Shown: positions 52,601 to 62,713 of the stretch, one piece after another
Position numbering within the stretch: position 1 is the first letter of the stretch
Layout: each line of letters opens with the position of its first letter
NCBI GenBank assembly: GCA_963701085.1
Contig: OY969561.1
Coordinates: 896,001 to 960,000, forward strand
Origin: an uncultured bacterium
GTDB lineage: Bacteria; Babelota; Babeliae; Babelales; Vermiphilaceae
Direction of reading: 5' to 3'
DNA: 64,000 nt
Program-made: the position numbers and the translations under genes
Notes under the pieces: generated by a model
Told to the model about the DNA's origin: nothing
Databases searched by the model: none
Seen by the model: the letters and a program-made list of their open reading frames with translations, nothing else

Positions 52601-53374
52601 ATGATACTCAACAAAAAGTTTTTTACTCCATTAGTTATCGCATTAACAATAGTATCTAGTATCACTCCTCATACGTTTCACCTTGATCAATTTGATCATC
52701 TATCAGCTGCAGTGTTACCGACATTCACTCATCGCAATATAAAATGGGCGATTCTGAGTAGAGAAGGTTATGGTATCACCAAAAAGCATACGTATGACTC
52801 TTTTAGCGGTGGCAAAGATAAAGGTGAAACACATCCAATACAAACGGCTGCGCATGAGTTTCTCCAAGAAGCAATTTTAGAGCACGTACTCAACTGGAAT
52901 CTTGAAGATGTAGAAAAATTTATTGATCCAGAAAATGAATACACATGGGTTGTTATAGCCTATGAAAAAGATACAGATCTTAATAATCCAAAAAATAGAG
53001 CTGTTCGCAACGTTACCTACATCGTCAATTTTAATAAATACAAAACCAAGCTCTTTAAACAATTTTATGCTGCTCGTGAGCAAGAAATGGCACGCTATGA
53101 AGCTGCAGGCATCCCTGGAAAACATCGCACCACCACAGAAAAAGATCGCCTTGCTAAAGTACGCTGGAGAGATCTTGGAAATGCAATTCTTAATCAAGAA
53201 AATAAAAATGACCCTGTAACAGTATCGGCCTATGTACTCGATCCTAAAACACAAAAATTTAATAAAGAAATTATTACATTACGACCAATTTTAGTCATGA
53301 CATTACGTCCGCTCTTCCTTGGCTCCGAATATGAGCACGGAGAGAATGAAAAAATAAAATATTATGATGAATAA
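52601..53374 (+). CDS. Secreted Nudix-like paralogue
   Basis: Signal peptide; FSGGKDKGE...AAHEFLQEA; RNVTYIVNF and TTEKD shared with upstream gene. Confidence 0.72.
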   Translation: MILNKKFFTPLVIALTIVSSITPHTFHLDQFDHLSAAVLPTFTHRNIKWAILSREGYGITKKHTYDSFSGGKDKGETHPIQTAAHEFLQEAILEHVLNWNLEDVEKFIDPENEYTWVVIAYEKDTDLNNPKNRAVRNVTYIVNFNKYKTKLFKQFYAAREQEMARYEAAGIPGKHRTTTEKDRLAKVRWRDLGNAILNQENKNDPVTVSAYVLDPKTQKFNKEIITLRPILVMTLRPLFLGSEYEHGENEKIKYYDE

Positions 53375-53438
53375 AAAAATCCACCCCTTTGATTTTTTTC
53401 AAAGAGGCGGACAATTTAATTTAAAACTAATGAATTGC

Positions 53439-54120
53439 TTACGTGTAAATTACACGAACTTCAACACGACGGTTTGGTGCACGATGTTCACGTGATCCGT
53501 TAACCACTTTACCATTGATCAGCACTGGGCATTCTTGGCCACGACCAACAACTTTAATAGCACTTCTATCAACACCAGCTGCTACAAAAAGATCTGCCAC
53601 AACTTTTGCACGTTTTTCTGACAATGCCAAGTTATATGCAGGCGTACCTTCTTGACAAGCATGACCTTCAATTACCACGGTTGGTTGTGCTGCTCTGCCA
53701 GCTTCTGCTACCAACTGTTTTACTTGGTCAATATCATAGCTTAATGATTCTTTTTGATCTGCTCTTACGCCATAGTGATTGAATGAGAAATAGAGTTTTT
53801 TGAATTCATCATCTGTTTGAGCATCTATCCATGAAAATTCTTCATTTTCCTCAATAGTCATCAGATCTTCATCCTCGTCTTCATCTTCCTCGTGCATAGG
53901 AAGATCTTCGTCTTCATCCAAATCAAAACTTGCAAGATCTTCTTCCGTCAACTTCGTCCATGTCGAGGTCATCTTCATCAAACTCTTCAACATCAACATC
54001 GATATCCATGTATTTTTCAACAGCATTTTTTCTTACTGATTGCTTAGATGATTCTTGTTTTTTACCACAACCAGGTAAACTTACCACCAAAGCGAGGACT
54101 AAAAGAGACAATTTCTTCAT
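53439..54120 (-). CDS. OmpA/Pal family lipoprotein with acidic linker (frameshift near 53950)
   Basis: Lipobox LPGC; IEGHAC..YNLALSEKRA; NRRVE. Confidence 0.85.
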
Positions 54121-54299
54121 GTGTACTTCCTTAAAAAAAATAGATTTTACTTCAATTTACTCAATGCTGATGAGAATCTAACACATTTTTGACCATTTTT
54201 CTACCCAATATTGCACATAATCTGTATATTAGATAATAGGAACCTTATACATTATGAAAAATAAATAAAAAAACAACAAAAACCTCTATCCTAGGCCTT

Positions 54300-55809
54300 A
54301 TGAAAAAAATTATTATAAACGATAATCCGTGGCAAGTGCGAATAGCCATTATTATGGATGGCAAGCTACAAAACATCTACTTCTCTGCGCCAACCCACGA
54401 AGTCTCTAGAACGCGCCTACTTCAAGGGAACGGTAACCAAAGTGTTGCCTGGCATTCAAACAGCTTTTATTGAATTTGGCCAACAAAAGGCGGGATTCCT
54501 TCATATTTCAGAAATTGACCGAGAATTGGCCATGCAAAAACTGAGCAGCCAGTTGGAAGATGATGAAGATGAACCTAAAATAGAAAAAAAGGTCATCCAA
54601 AAGCGTGATATTAGCAAGATTCTCAATGAAAATGAGCCAATTCTTGTCCAGGTAAGCAAAGAGCCTGTCTATGAGAAAGGCGCAAAACTTACCACCTGCT
54701 TTACCCTGCCTGGCAGATTTATTGTACTCATGCCAAATATCCCCCGTATCGGCGTTTCAAAAAAAATTGAAAACCGCGATGAGCGCATTCGCCTCAAAAC
54801 TATTATTCGTGCACATTTGCCAGAAGGTATGGGCGCAATTATCAGAACAACATCGGAAGATCGTGCAGAAAAAGACCTTATTCAAGATCTGAATTACCTC
54901 GTACAAGAATGGCATACCATAGAAAAAAGGTTTGCAACGGCAAAACCATCAGAAAAAATACATGAAGATTTGCCACTCGTCTTGCAGATTGTGCGTGATC
55001 ATTTGGATAGTGATGTGGAAGCAATCATTACTGATTCTAAACAAAGCCAAAATGAACTCTATAAATTTGCCAAACAAATCGCTCCAGAATTTGCACACGT
55101 TATCCAATCCTACAATGATAACGTCAATATTTTTTCAGCCTATGGCATTGAAAAACAGATTGAACAAGCACTCAAGAAAAAAGTTTCCCTCAAATCTGGT
55201 GGATCTATTATCATTGAATCGACAGAAGCAATGACGGTTGTTGACGTTAATACCGGTCGCTTTATCGGAAAAACAAACCTGGAAGACACCATTCTAAAAA
55301 CAAATCTAGAAGCTGCTGAAGAAGTTGTTCAGCAACTAAGATTACGCAACATAGGTGGCCTTATTGTTATTGATTTTATTGATATGGGATCAGCATCTAA
55401 CCGTCAAAAAGTTTTTAGTTTTTTTGAAAAAATATTAAAAGAACGTGATAAATTCCAATCAGTGGTACTCAAAATTTCTGAATTTGGTCTGGTGCAGATG
55501 ACCCGCAAACGTTCTGGCAAAACATTGGTTCAACAACTGACCAATGATTGTTCAACGTGCCACGGCTTAGGATTTGTTAAATCATACCAAACTGAAAGCT
55601 ATGAAATACTGCGCGCTGTTCATGATGAAATGATCACACTGCCAACTGGTAAAAAAATTGAAATTCATCTCAACTCCCATATATTCAATTATATTACCTC
55701 AATTGAATATGATGCTATTTTGAAATTAGAAAACATCTACAATGTTAAAATTACCCTATTAAGCTCCAAAGACCTTCCTGTTGATACATACAAAATCGAA
55801 AAAAAATAA
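54300..55809 (+). CDS. rng: Ribonuclease E/G family (frameshift near 54390)
   Basis: VLPGIQTAF, DVNTG, LRLRNIGGLIVIDFIDM, CxxC; N-terminus MKKIIIND at 54300. Confidence 0.92.
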
Positions 55810-55863
55810 TAAACTAGTATCATTATATGCGCTCCCAAAGTCGTGAAAATCTTAATCTTTCCT

Positions 55864-56001
55864 GCGCTCGCCCTGAACTTGTTGAAGGGTCTCTTTGAGC
55901 GCTCGAGGATATCATTTATTCCCCAATTTCCACTTCGTTCCAATTGGGGTCCCCAGTCGAAAGGAAGTGAAGATGGGGTTAAACAAGCTCAGGACGAGCG
56001 C
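55864..56001. repeat. GCGCTCG..CTGAAC palindrome with nested GGGGTCCCC element
   Basis: Arms at 55864-55889 and ~55982-56001; nested 55921-55978. Confidence 0.8.
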
Positions 56002-56045
56002 GGAGAGTCGAAAAAAAAATAACATACTTTTTCAAGGACCATTTT

Positions 56046-57562
56046 ATGGCTGAACATACTACCTCTATACTCGATAAATACCCTGCTTATGAAACAACCA
56101 TCGGCATTGAAGTTCACGTACAACTCATGACGAACACAAAAATATTTTGCACATGCCAAAACACCGTAGCAAAAGATCCCAATTCACACATATGCCAGAT
56201 TTGTGCTGGATATCCCGGCGCAATGCCAATGCTCAATAAAAAAGTGGTTGATTTTGCAATTTTAGCAGGACTTGGAACCAACTGCACCATCAACCAACAA
56301 TCAACCTTTGATCGTAAACATTATTTTTATCCTGATTTACCAAAAAACTTCCAAATCACGCAACAAGCTGAACCAATTTGTACCGATGGCTATGTGCCAA
56401 TTAGACTGGAAGATGGCAGCATAAAAAAAATTAATTTAATTCGCATTCATATCGAAGAAGATGCGGGTAAAAATATTCACTCAAGCTATAGCAACGAAAG
56501 CTTTGTTGATTTAAACCGTGCCGGCACACCGCTGTTGGAAATTGTCAGTCACCCTGATATTTCATCAACGTATGAAGTTCGCACGTACTTAAAAACATTG
56601 CGCTCAATTGTGCAATATTTGGGCATCTGCACGGGTAATATGGATGAGGGTTCATTCCGTGCGGATACCAATATCTCCGTGCGCAAAAAAGGACAAAAAG
56701 AGTTGGGCACCAAATGTGAACTCAAAAACATCAACTCATTCAAATTTATTTCCGATGCAACGGAACATGAATTGGAACGTCAAATTAAAATTCTTGAAGC
56801 TGGCGGAAAAGTACGCTCAGAAACGCGCCTCTGGGATTCAAAAGAAAAAACTACTATCATGATGCGCTCAAAAGAAGAAACTGCGGATTATCGTTTTTTC
56901 CAGGAGCCCGATTTACCAATTATTTTTATTGATGATGCACGCCTTGAAAAGGCGAAATAAAATATGCCAGAGCTTCCACTCGCCAAATTTGAACGCTTTA
57001 CCAAAGAACTTGGCCTCAGTGAATACGAAGCGGATATTTTAATAGAAGATATTGATCTTGCAAACTATTTTGATGCAGCAAAAAAATATACCGCGAGCAA
57101 AAATCTTATTCATTGGATTTTACGTGATTTGATGGGTTACTTCAAAGAACAAAAAATCTCATTATCAGAATGTAAAGTAACGCCAGAACGTCTTGGCAAA
57201 ATAGTTGATTTGATTGATCAGGTGTTATCAACAGCCCTACCGCAAAAGAAGTTCTTGTTTTTGTTGCACAAGAAAATAAAGATCCGATGATTATTATTGA
57301 AGAAAAAGGCCTCAAGCAAATTGGTTCTGTTGATGAGCTTGAAGCTATGGTCAAAGAAATTATTGCGGCAAATCCTGGTCAAACGGCAGAATATCGCTCA
57401 GGAAAAGAAAAATTATTTGGTTTCTTTGTTGGGCAAATGATGCAGAAGACAAAAGGCAAAGGCAACCCGCAACTTATTAATGATCTTGATCAAGAAGCAT
57501 TTGAATACCCCGCGCTCGTCCTGAACTTGTTGAAGGATGTCTTCGAGCGCAATAAATTATAA
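56046..57562 (+). CDS. gatB: Asp/Glu-tRNA amidotransferase subunit B (frameshifted)
   Basis: IGIEVHVQL, RKHYFYPDLPK, RAGTPLLEIVS, FFVGQMMQKTKGK. Confidence 0.95.
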
Positions 57563-57669
57563 CAGTTAAATCCCATGGAATTCGTCAGGGATTTTTTATT
57601 TATAACATCTTTTGATATAGTCATCCTTATGCTATTAACATCAATAATCAATAATCGAAAGTAGTATGT

Positions 57670-58712
57670 ATGAAAAAATTATGCGTTTCGCTTGTATGCG
57701 CAATTATAATTACTACCCCAATCCACTCAAACAAGCCAATATCAAACAGTAGAAAACCTTCTATGTCTCTTAGGTAAAAAATGCTCACGATATAATTTAC
57801 AAATCTTTACCCCAATGGGAAACTCCTGCCAAAAGGAAAATTATAACTGTATTAGTAGCATCAATCGTAATTTATATAAAGCTCTCGAAAGGAAACGAAA
57901 TGACCCTATCACTACACGTGCTCATGATTAAACTCATTGCACTCAACATTCTACCAACTGAATGGCCATGTTGCGAACTAAGTTGCAACACTGAAAAGCT
58001 CCTGGGGCAAAAAGATGTATTCACCTCACAATGAATTATATCGTGAAGAGCTTACCGCAGAAAAGGTTGAAGAATTATATACAATGAGGGAGTTCTTAAC
58101 TACGATGCTTGCCCTCATTCTACATAATGATAAAGACCAATTGGCATTTCAAGACATATCCCATTTCTTACTGGGTTCCAAAGCCGTATTACAGAATATG
58201 GCCATAATACGAAAAACTTCCGCAATTAGGCGCAAACCACGATATGTATCATAAAATTAGCCAAGACTACTACCCATGGCAACATGCAATATATACTGGA
58301 AATATTTAAAAAATTAAACTATTATTAACTACAAAGCAAAAAAAATGTTGACGATTTATGTGCTATTTGGACTTGCAATAAAGAGTAAAAAATCACCAAT
58401 ATATAGATCTCCTTATTGCCAATTCCACCATGAGGAACTTAATGATGGACTAATCTGCCTGTATATGAGCCTATTAACATCAACCAAATTATGCAAAAGT
58501 TAATTGATAATGAAGCAGACCCTAGTATTGCGCTTTTCATGTCTTAGAAAAGATACAATATAAAAGAATTAAAGATAGAAAAAAGATTGATATTAATAAA
58601 AGTTCATATTCCTTTGTGATCAACGGAGCATATGATGCAACAACACTCAGTCAAGTAGAAAACATACACATTTTTAGCTCTCTTGCCATAAACTCGAAAA
58701 TAATACCCAAAA
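57670..58712 (+). pseudogene. Heavily frameshifted paralogue of 59842
   Basis: MKKLCVSLVCAI start, KRNDPIT, IMQKLIDNEADPSIAL match 59842 segments. Confidence 0.6.
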
Positions 58713-58835
58713 TAAAAATATCTCACAATTAACAACAAAAATCCCTGGCGAAAGCTGGGGATTTTTTATTGAACAAATAATAAATTAATACTATAGTAAC
58801 AGCCGTAATAATATTGCCTAAAAAAAAGGATATCC

Positions 58836-59717
58836 ATGAACAAGCTTTATATATCATTATTATCAGCAATGCTCTGCGTTCAACAAACACAAAGCATGGA
58901 AAAACAACTAATAACAAACCCCGTTAACGAGACATTTTATGATAGCAGCAGCAATACAAACAAAAAAAGATTTGTAGAATATACAACATGTGATGAATAT
59001 GGCGATTTAAACACAAAAACAGTAGATGTTTTGAGTTTAAAACTCTATAACCACAAACTTAATGAAAATGAGATAGAAAAATTAGTACTGCAAGGTGCTG
59101 ATGTTAATTATAAAATTCCTCATCGCCTTCGCGATCACCCATACCAAACGACAACAGTACCTGCTTTTTTTGCTGGTAATGAAACTGAACAGGGTATAAA
59201 AAATATGCAAAAACTTATTGCGCTTGGTGCGCATCTGCACCATACTCCTCAGCAAACAGAGACCCCTCTATTTATAGCAACCGACCTCAACAACACTCCT
59301 ATGATGCTACTATTACTCCCTTATGAAAAAATTGAAACTCCTACATCAAAAGAAAAAGAAACAAGATCTATGGTTATAAACCATTCCTTACGCAATCAAA
59401 AATTTGAAGTAATAAAATTATTGCTCCAACTAAAATTAATAACAGCCAACGAAGGATTACACAGATTGATTCACTTTAATATACCTAATCGGGAAATTTT
59501 TAATTATTTAATTGATAATGGTGCCGATAATTATAAAGATAATTGTAATACAATGAACTTGGCAAATAAAGTATTTTCAATCGATAGTTCTATCATATTC
59601 CTTGAGCTCATTTGCGCGCGCGGAGTCTTTGATGAAAAAATATTAACGAACATGCAGACCCTCAAAACACACATCGATAATACAATACAAAACCTAGAAA
59701 ATAACCGTCCAAAATAA
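58836..59717 (+). CDS. Secreted ankyrin-like protein
   Basis: Signal ending TQS-ME; LVLQGADVN, ETPLFIA, LIDNGAD. Confidence 0.72.
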   Translation: MNKLYISLLSAMLCVQQTQSMEKQLITNPVNETFYDSSSNTNKKRFVEYTTCDEYGDLNTKTVDVLSLKLYNHKLNENEIEKLVLQGADVNYKIPHRLRDHPYQTTTVPAFFAGNETEQGIKNMQKLIALGAHLHHTPQQTETPLFIATDLNNTPMMLLLLPYEKIETPTSKEKETRSMVINHSLRNQKFEVIKLLLQLKLITANEGLHRLIHFNIPNREIFNYLIDNGADNYKDNCNTMNLANKVFSIDSSIIFLELICARGVFDEKILTNMQTLKTHIDNTIQNLENNRPK

Positions 59718-59841
59718 AAAACAGCTCATTACTAATAAAAATCCTCGGCTAAATACCGGGGATTTTTTATTTACCACATTATTTGTTATAGTGGTGCCAA
59801 CAAACCACATAACCAACAATAATCGAAAGTAATAAAATCGA

Positions 59842-60915
59842 ATGAATAAATTATTAATTACACTCGTATGCGCCATTACCTTCACACCTCACATTTTTAG
59901 CATGGAAGAAAATTCACTTCAACAAGTGTCTCAAGCACTTCCATACAAATGCTCAAAAAAAATTCTCCTCGAACTATCTCAAAACTGTCATAGATATGCT
60001 GATAATTATGAATGGAACTGTACAAAATCCGCATTAGTATCTCGCATTATTTTCAACGTGAGCCTGGTAAACAAGGATTTATATCAAGAACTTGATAAAC
60101 AAAGAAATGACCCTATTACTGCACGTAGTATAATCATAAATACTAGACACCAATATCTCGATGATTCTTTTGCCTCAGATGACGTAGAAAACTTTGTCTT
60201 TCCTGGTGCAAAAAAGTGTCGTGAACTCACTGCTCAATTATATGATGACAACCTCACTGAAGACATGGTCGAAAAATTATTCCACCAAGGAGCCACTATT
60301 GATTACGATGTCAACGCATCCCGACATACGGTCCTACACTACCCCCCACTATTTTATTGGGGTTGCATATCACATAAAAATGAAGAGCAAAGCAAAGCAA
60401 TAATAAAAAAACTGCTTGATCTTGGAGCAAACCCTGATAAATGCGATGTTTTAACTTATGTTATAGATACTGAAAATATTGATTTAACTAAAATGATACT
60501 TAACTATAAACCAGTAATAAAATTTAATACATGGAGAGCTGTATCAGTTGTATCACGAAACATGCAAGAATATATTGATCTATTGCTACCATGTGCCACC
60601 CAAGATGAACTTAATGATGGATTATACTGCTTTGCTTGTAATAGCTTGGTCTATAAACCGGAAATTATGCAAAAATTTATTGATAATGGAGCAAACCCTA
60701 GTATCGCACTACATCAACTTATAACAAGGCTAACAAATTTCACACTTCTCGATGCCAATCATGACTTTATCAAAATTTTTAACTTTCTTTGTAGTAAAGG
60801 AGCATTTGATAAAAAAGCGCTCACCCACTTACAACATTTACAAGATATTCTTGGCTCTCTTATAAATGAACTAGACAGGAATCAACCATCAGACCCATTC
60901 GGTATGGAACAATAA
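59842..60915 (+). CDS. Secreted ankyrin-like protein (possible F-box-like N-terminus)
   Basis: Signal ending IFS-ME; LLDLGANPD, FIDNGANP. Confidence 0.72.
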   Translation: MNKLLITLVCAITFTPHIFSMEENSLQQVSQALPYKCSKKILLELSQNCHRYADNYEWNCTKSALVSRIIFNVSLVNKDLYQELDKQRNDPITARSIIINTRHQYLDDSFASDDVENFVFPGAKKCRELTAQLYDDNLTEDMVEKLFHQGATIDYDVNASRHTVLHYPPLFYWGCISHKNEEQSKAIIKKLLDLGANPDKCDVLTYVIDTENIDLTKMILNYKPVIKFNTWRAVSVVSRNMQEYIDLLLPCATQDELNDGLYCFACNSLVYKPEIMQKFIDNGANPSIALHQLITRLTNFTLLDANHDFIKIFNFLCSKGAFDKKALTHLQHLQDILGSLINELDRNQPSDPFGMEQ

Positions 60916-60917
60916 AT

Positions 60918-61640
60918 TTAACGCCCAAACAAAAACTTTAACCATTTTAGGAAAGTAGAGCTTTGCTTTGCATCTGCAACTTGTTGATGCGCATTGGCCA
61001 GTTGTTGCTGTGCAATTGTTTGTTGCTCTTTGGCTAAACTTTCTTTATAAATACTCAACTGAGTCAAATAATCTTTATGGTCTCTAATACGTTTAATTGC
61101 CTCCGATATATTCCCAAACAATGTCTTAGCTCGAGACAATGATGCATCACACTCTTCTTGCAACAAAACATTCTTGCCAACTTCTGCTGATGCTTTATTA
61201 ATTAAACTCAGTGTGTAATGCATTGTTGGCACCAACGCAATCAAATGATTATATGCGCTAATTAACGGTAAATCATCAGTCAAATACACATCCTGCACCG
61301 TATCAAAAAATGCCCTGTCACTATCAAAACATGTTCGCGCTAGGGTATGACGTGCAATATCATTAAGCAATGCATTCGCCCGTTTAATACGTCCGGCTGG
61401 CGTTGATTTATGCAAAACATAATATGACATTGCAGTTATTACACAACCAGCACCAACTAAAATACCAGGATTAATTTTCTGCTGCGTATCCGACCAGAGT
61501 TTGTAACCACCACCAGCACACAAAGATGCTATCAACACCGAACCTATATTTGCTGTTGAATCTTGAATGCCATGCAATGGAACATTGCATAACGATAATG
61601 CTACGACGAGAGATGTTATTGTTTTTATATTCTTAATCAT
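60918..61640 (-). CDS. Hypothetical exported/membrane protein
   Basis: Signal plus two hydrophobic segments, Gln-rich tail. Confidence 0.6.
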   Translation of the reverse strand: MIKNIKTITSLVVALSLCNVPLHGIQDSTANIGSVLIASLCAGGGYKLWSDTQQKINPGILVGAGCVITAMSYYVLHKSTPAGRIKRANALLNDIARHTLARTCFDSDRAFFDTVQDVYLTDDLPLISAYNHLIALVPTMHYTLSLINKASAEVGKNVLLQEECDASLSRAKTLFGNISEAIKRIRDHKDYLTQLSIYKESLAKEQQTIAQQQLANAHQQVADAKQSSTFLKWLKFLFGR

Positions 61641-61700
61641 TAATAATTCTTTCTATGAATAATCTATATTTATAATCTATCCCTAAACTAATTTTTTCCT

Positions 61701-61775
61701 GCGCTCGCCCTGAACGTGTTGAAGGGTTTTCTTCGAGCGCTCGAGGATATTCTTCAACAAGTTCAGAACGAGCGC
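61701..61775. repeat. Palindromic element, same family as 13780-13853
   Basis: Inverted arms and same left flank CTATCCCTAAAyTAATTTTTTCCT. Confidence 0.88.
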
Positions 61776-61817
61776 GGGAGACCAAAACGTTTTTACAACT
61801 CTAGAAATAAACTCTAT

Positions 61818-62639
61818 TTATGTAATTGAGTATACACCATTTACCGATTTTTTAATAAAATCTTCACCAATAAGTTTATCTATAATTTTTTCAACACGTG
61901 CCACATCTTTATTAACTGCACTCAAAATTTCATGATGCGATAGCTCTTCTTTTTCTGCAATAAGCTTTACTATCCGTGCCCGTATCTGCCGATCAGAACC
62001 TTCAAACTTAGATTGTTTGGTATGATGCGCACTTTTGCGACTCGGATTTATGTGCTGTGATTTGCACCACACACCATAATCCATCAATGCATAATACCAT
62101 TCTCGTGGATTATCATGATCAACGCTTGCGGCAATCAATGGTAACAACTCTTTATCAGTAACACCAACTGTATCTTTAAAAAAACAGTGGATAAATACGG
62201 TTCTGATATTAGTTTCAATAAACACGGTAGGCTTATTAAATGCGAATGCACCAATCGATCCTGCCGTTCCCGGCCCAATCCCTGGTAACGTTTCTAATAA
62301 GTGTTGATCTTGTGGCAAAACACCACCATGCTCATTAACAACAATCTGTGCTAACTGATGCAAGTAGCGCGCACGCCGGTAATAACCAAGGCCCTGCCAT
62401 ACCGAAAGAACATCACGCAACGAACTTACAGCTAGTGATTCAAATGTAGGAAATTCTGCAATAAACTGTTCATATTTATGTATCACGCGATGCGTTTGTG
62501 TCTGCTGCAACATCAATTCTGAAACTACAACATAATACGGGTTATCAACATGCCTCCATGCAAACTCACGCTTATTCTGATGATAAAAATTCCAGATAAA
62601 TTCTTTAAATGCTGCTATTTGATTCATAGTTGTGCTCAA
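61818..62639 (-). CDS. mutY: A/G-specific adenine glycosylase, short MutY-like form
   Basis: VSELMLQQTQ, WQGLGYYRRA, LPGIGPGTA, ALMDYG. Confidence 0.85.
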   Translation of the reverse strand: MSTTMNQIAAFKEFIWNFYHQNKREFAWRHVDNPYYVVVSELMLQQTQTHRVIHKYEQFIAEFPTFESLAVSSLRDVLSVWQGLGYYRRARYLHQLAQIVVNEHGGVLPQDQHLLETLPGIGPGTAGSIGAFAFNKPTVFIETNIRTVFIHCFFKDTVGVTDKELLPLIAASVDHDNPREWYYALMDYGVWCKSQHINPSRKSAHHTKQSKFEGSDRQIRARIVKLIAEKEELSHHEILSAVNKDVARVEKIIDKLIGEDFIKKSVNGVYSIT

Positions 62640-62713
62640 ACAAACAAATGGGGTATGAAAATTTACTCTTCATACCCCATTTTATCTTAATATCAACTTA
62701 ACTGCACATGCAA

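Noticed and set aside
57490-57562. GatB C-terminal extension YPALVLNLLKD
   Set aside because: Translation of a half palindrome (57512-57550), probably reached through an indel error near 57485
43680-58712. Programmed frameshifting or mass pseudogenisation
   Set aside because: Many scattered single-base indels in essential genes with otherwise intact motifs fit sequencing error better
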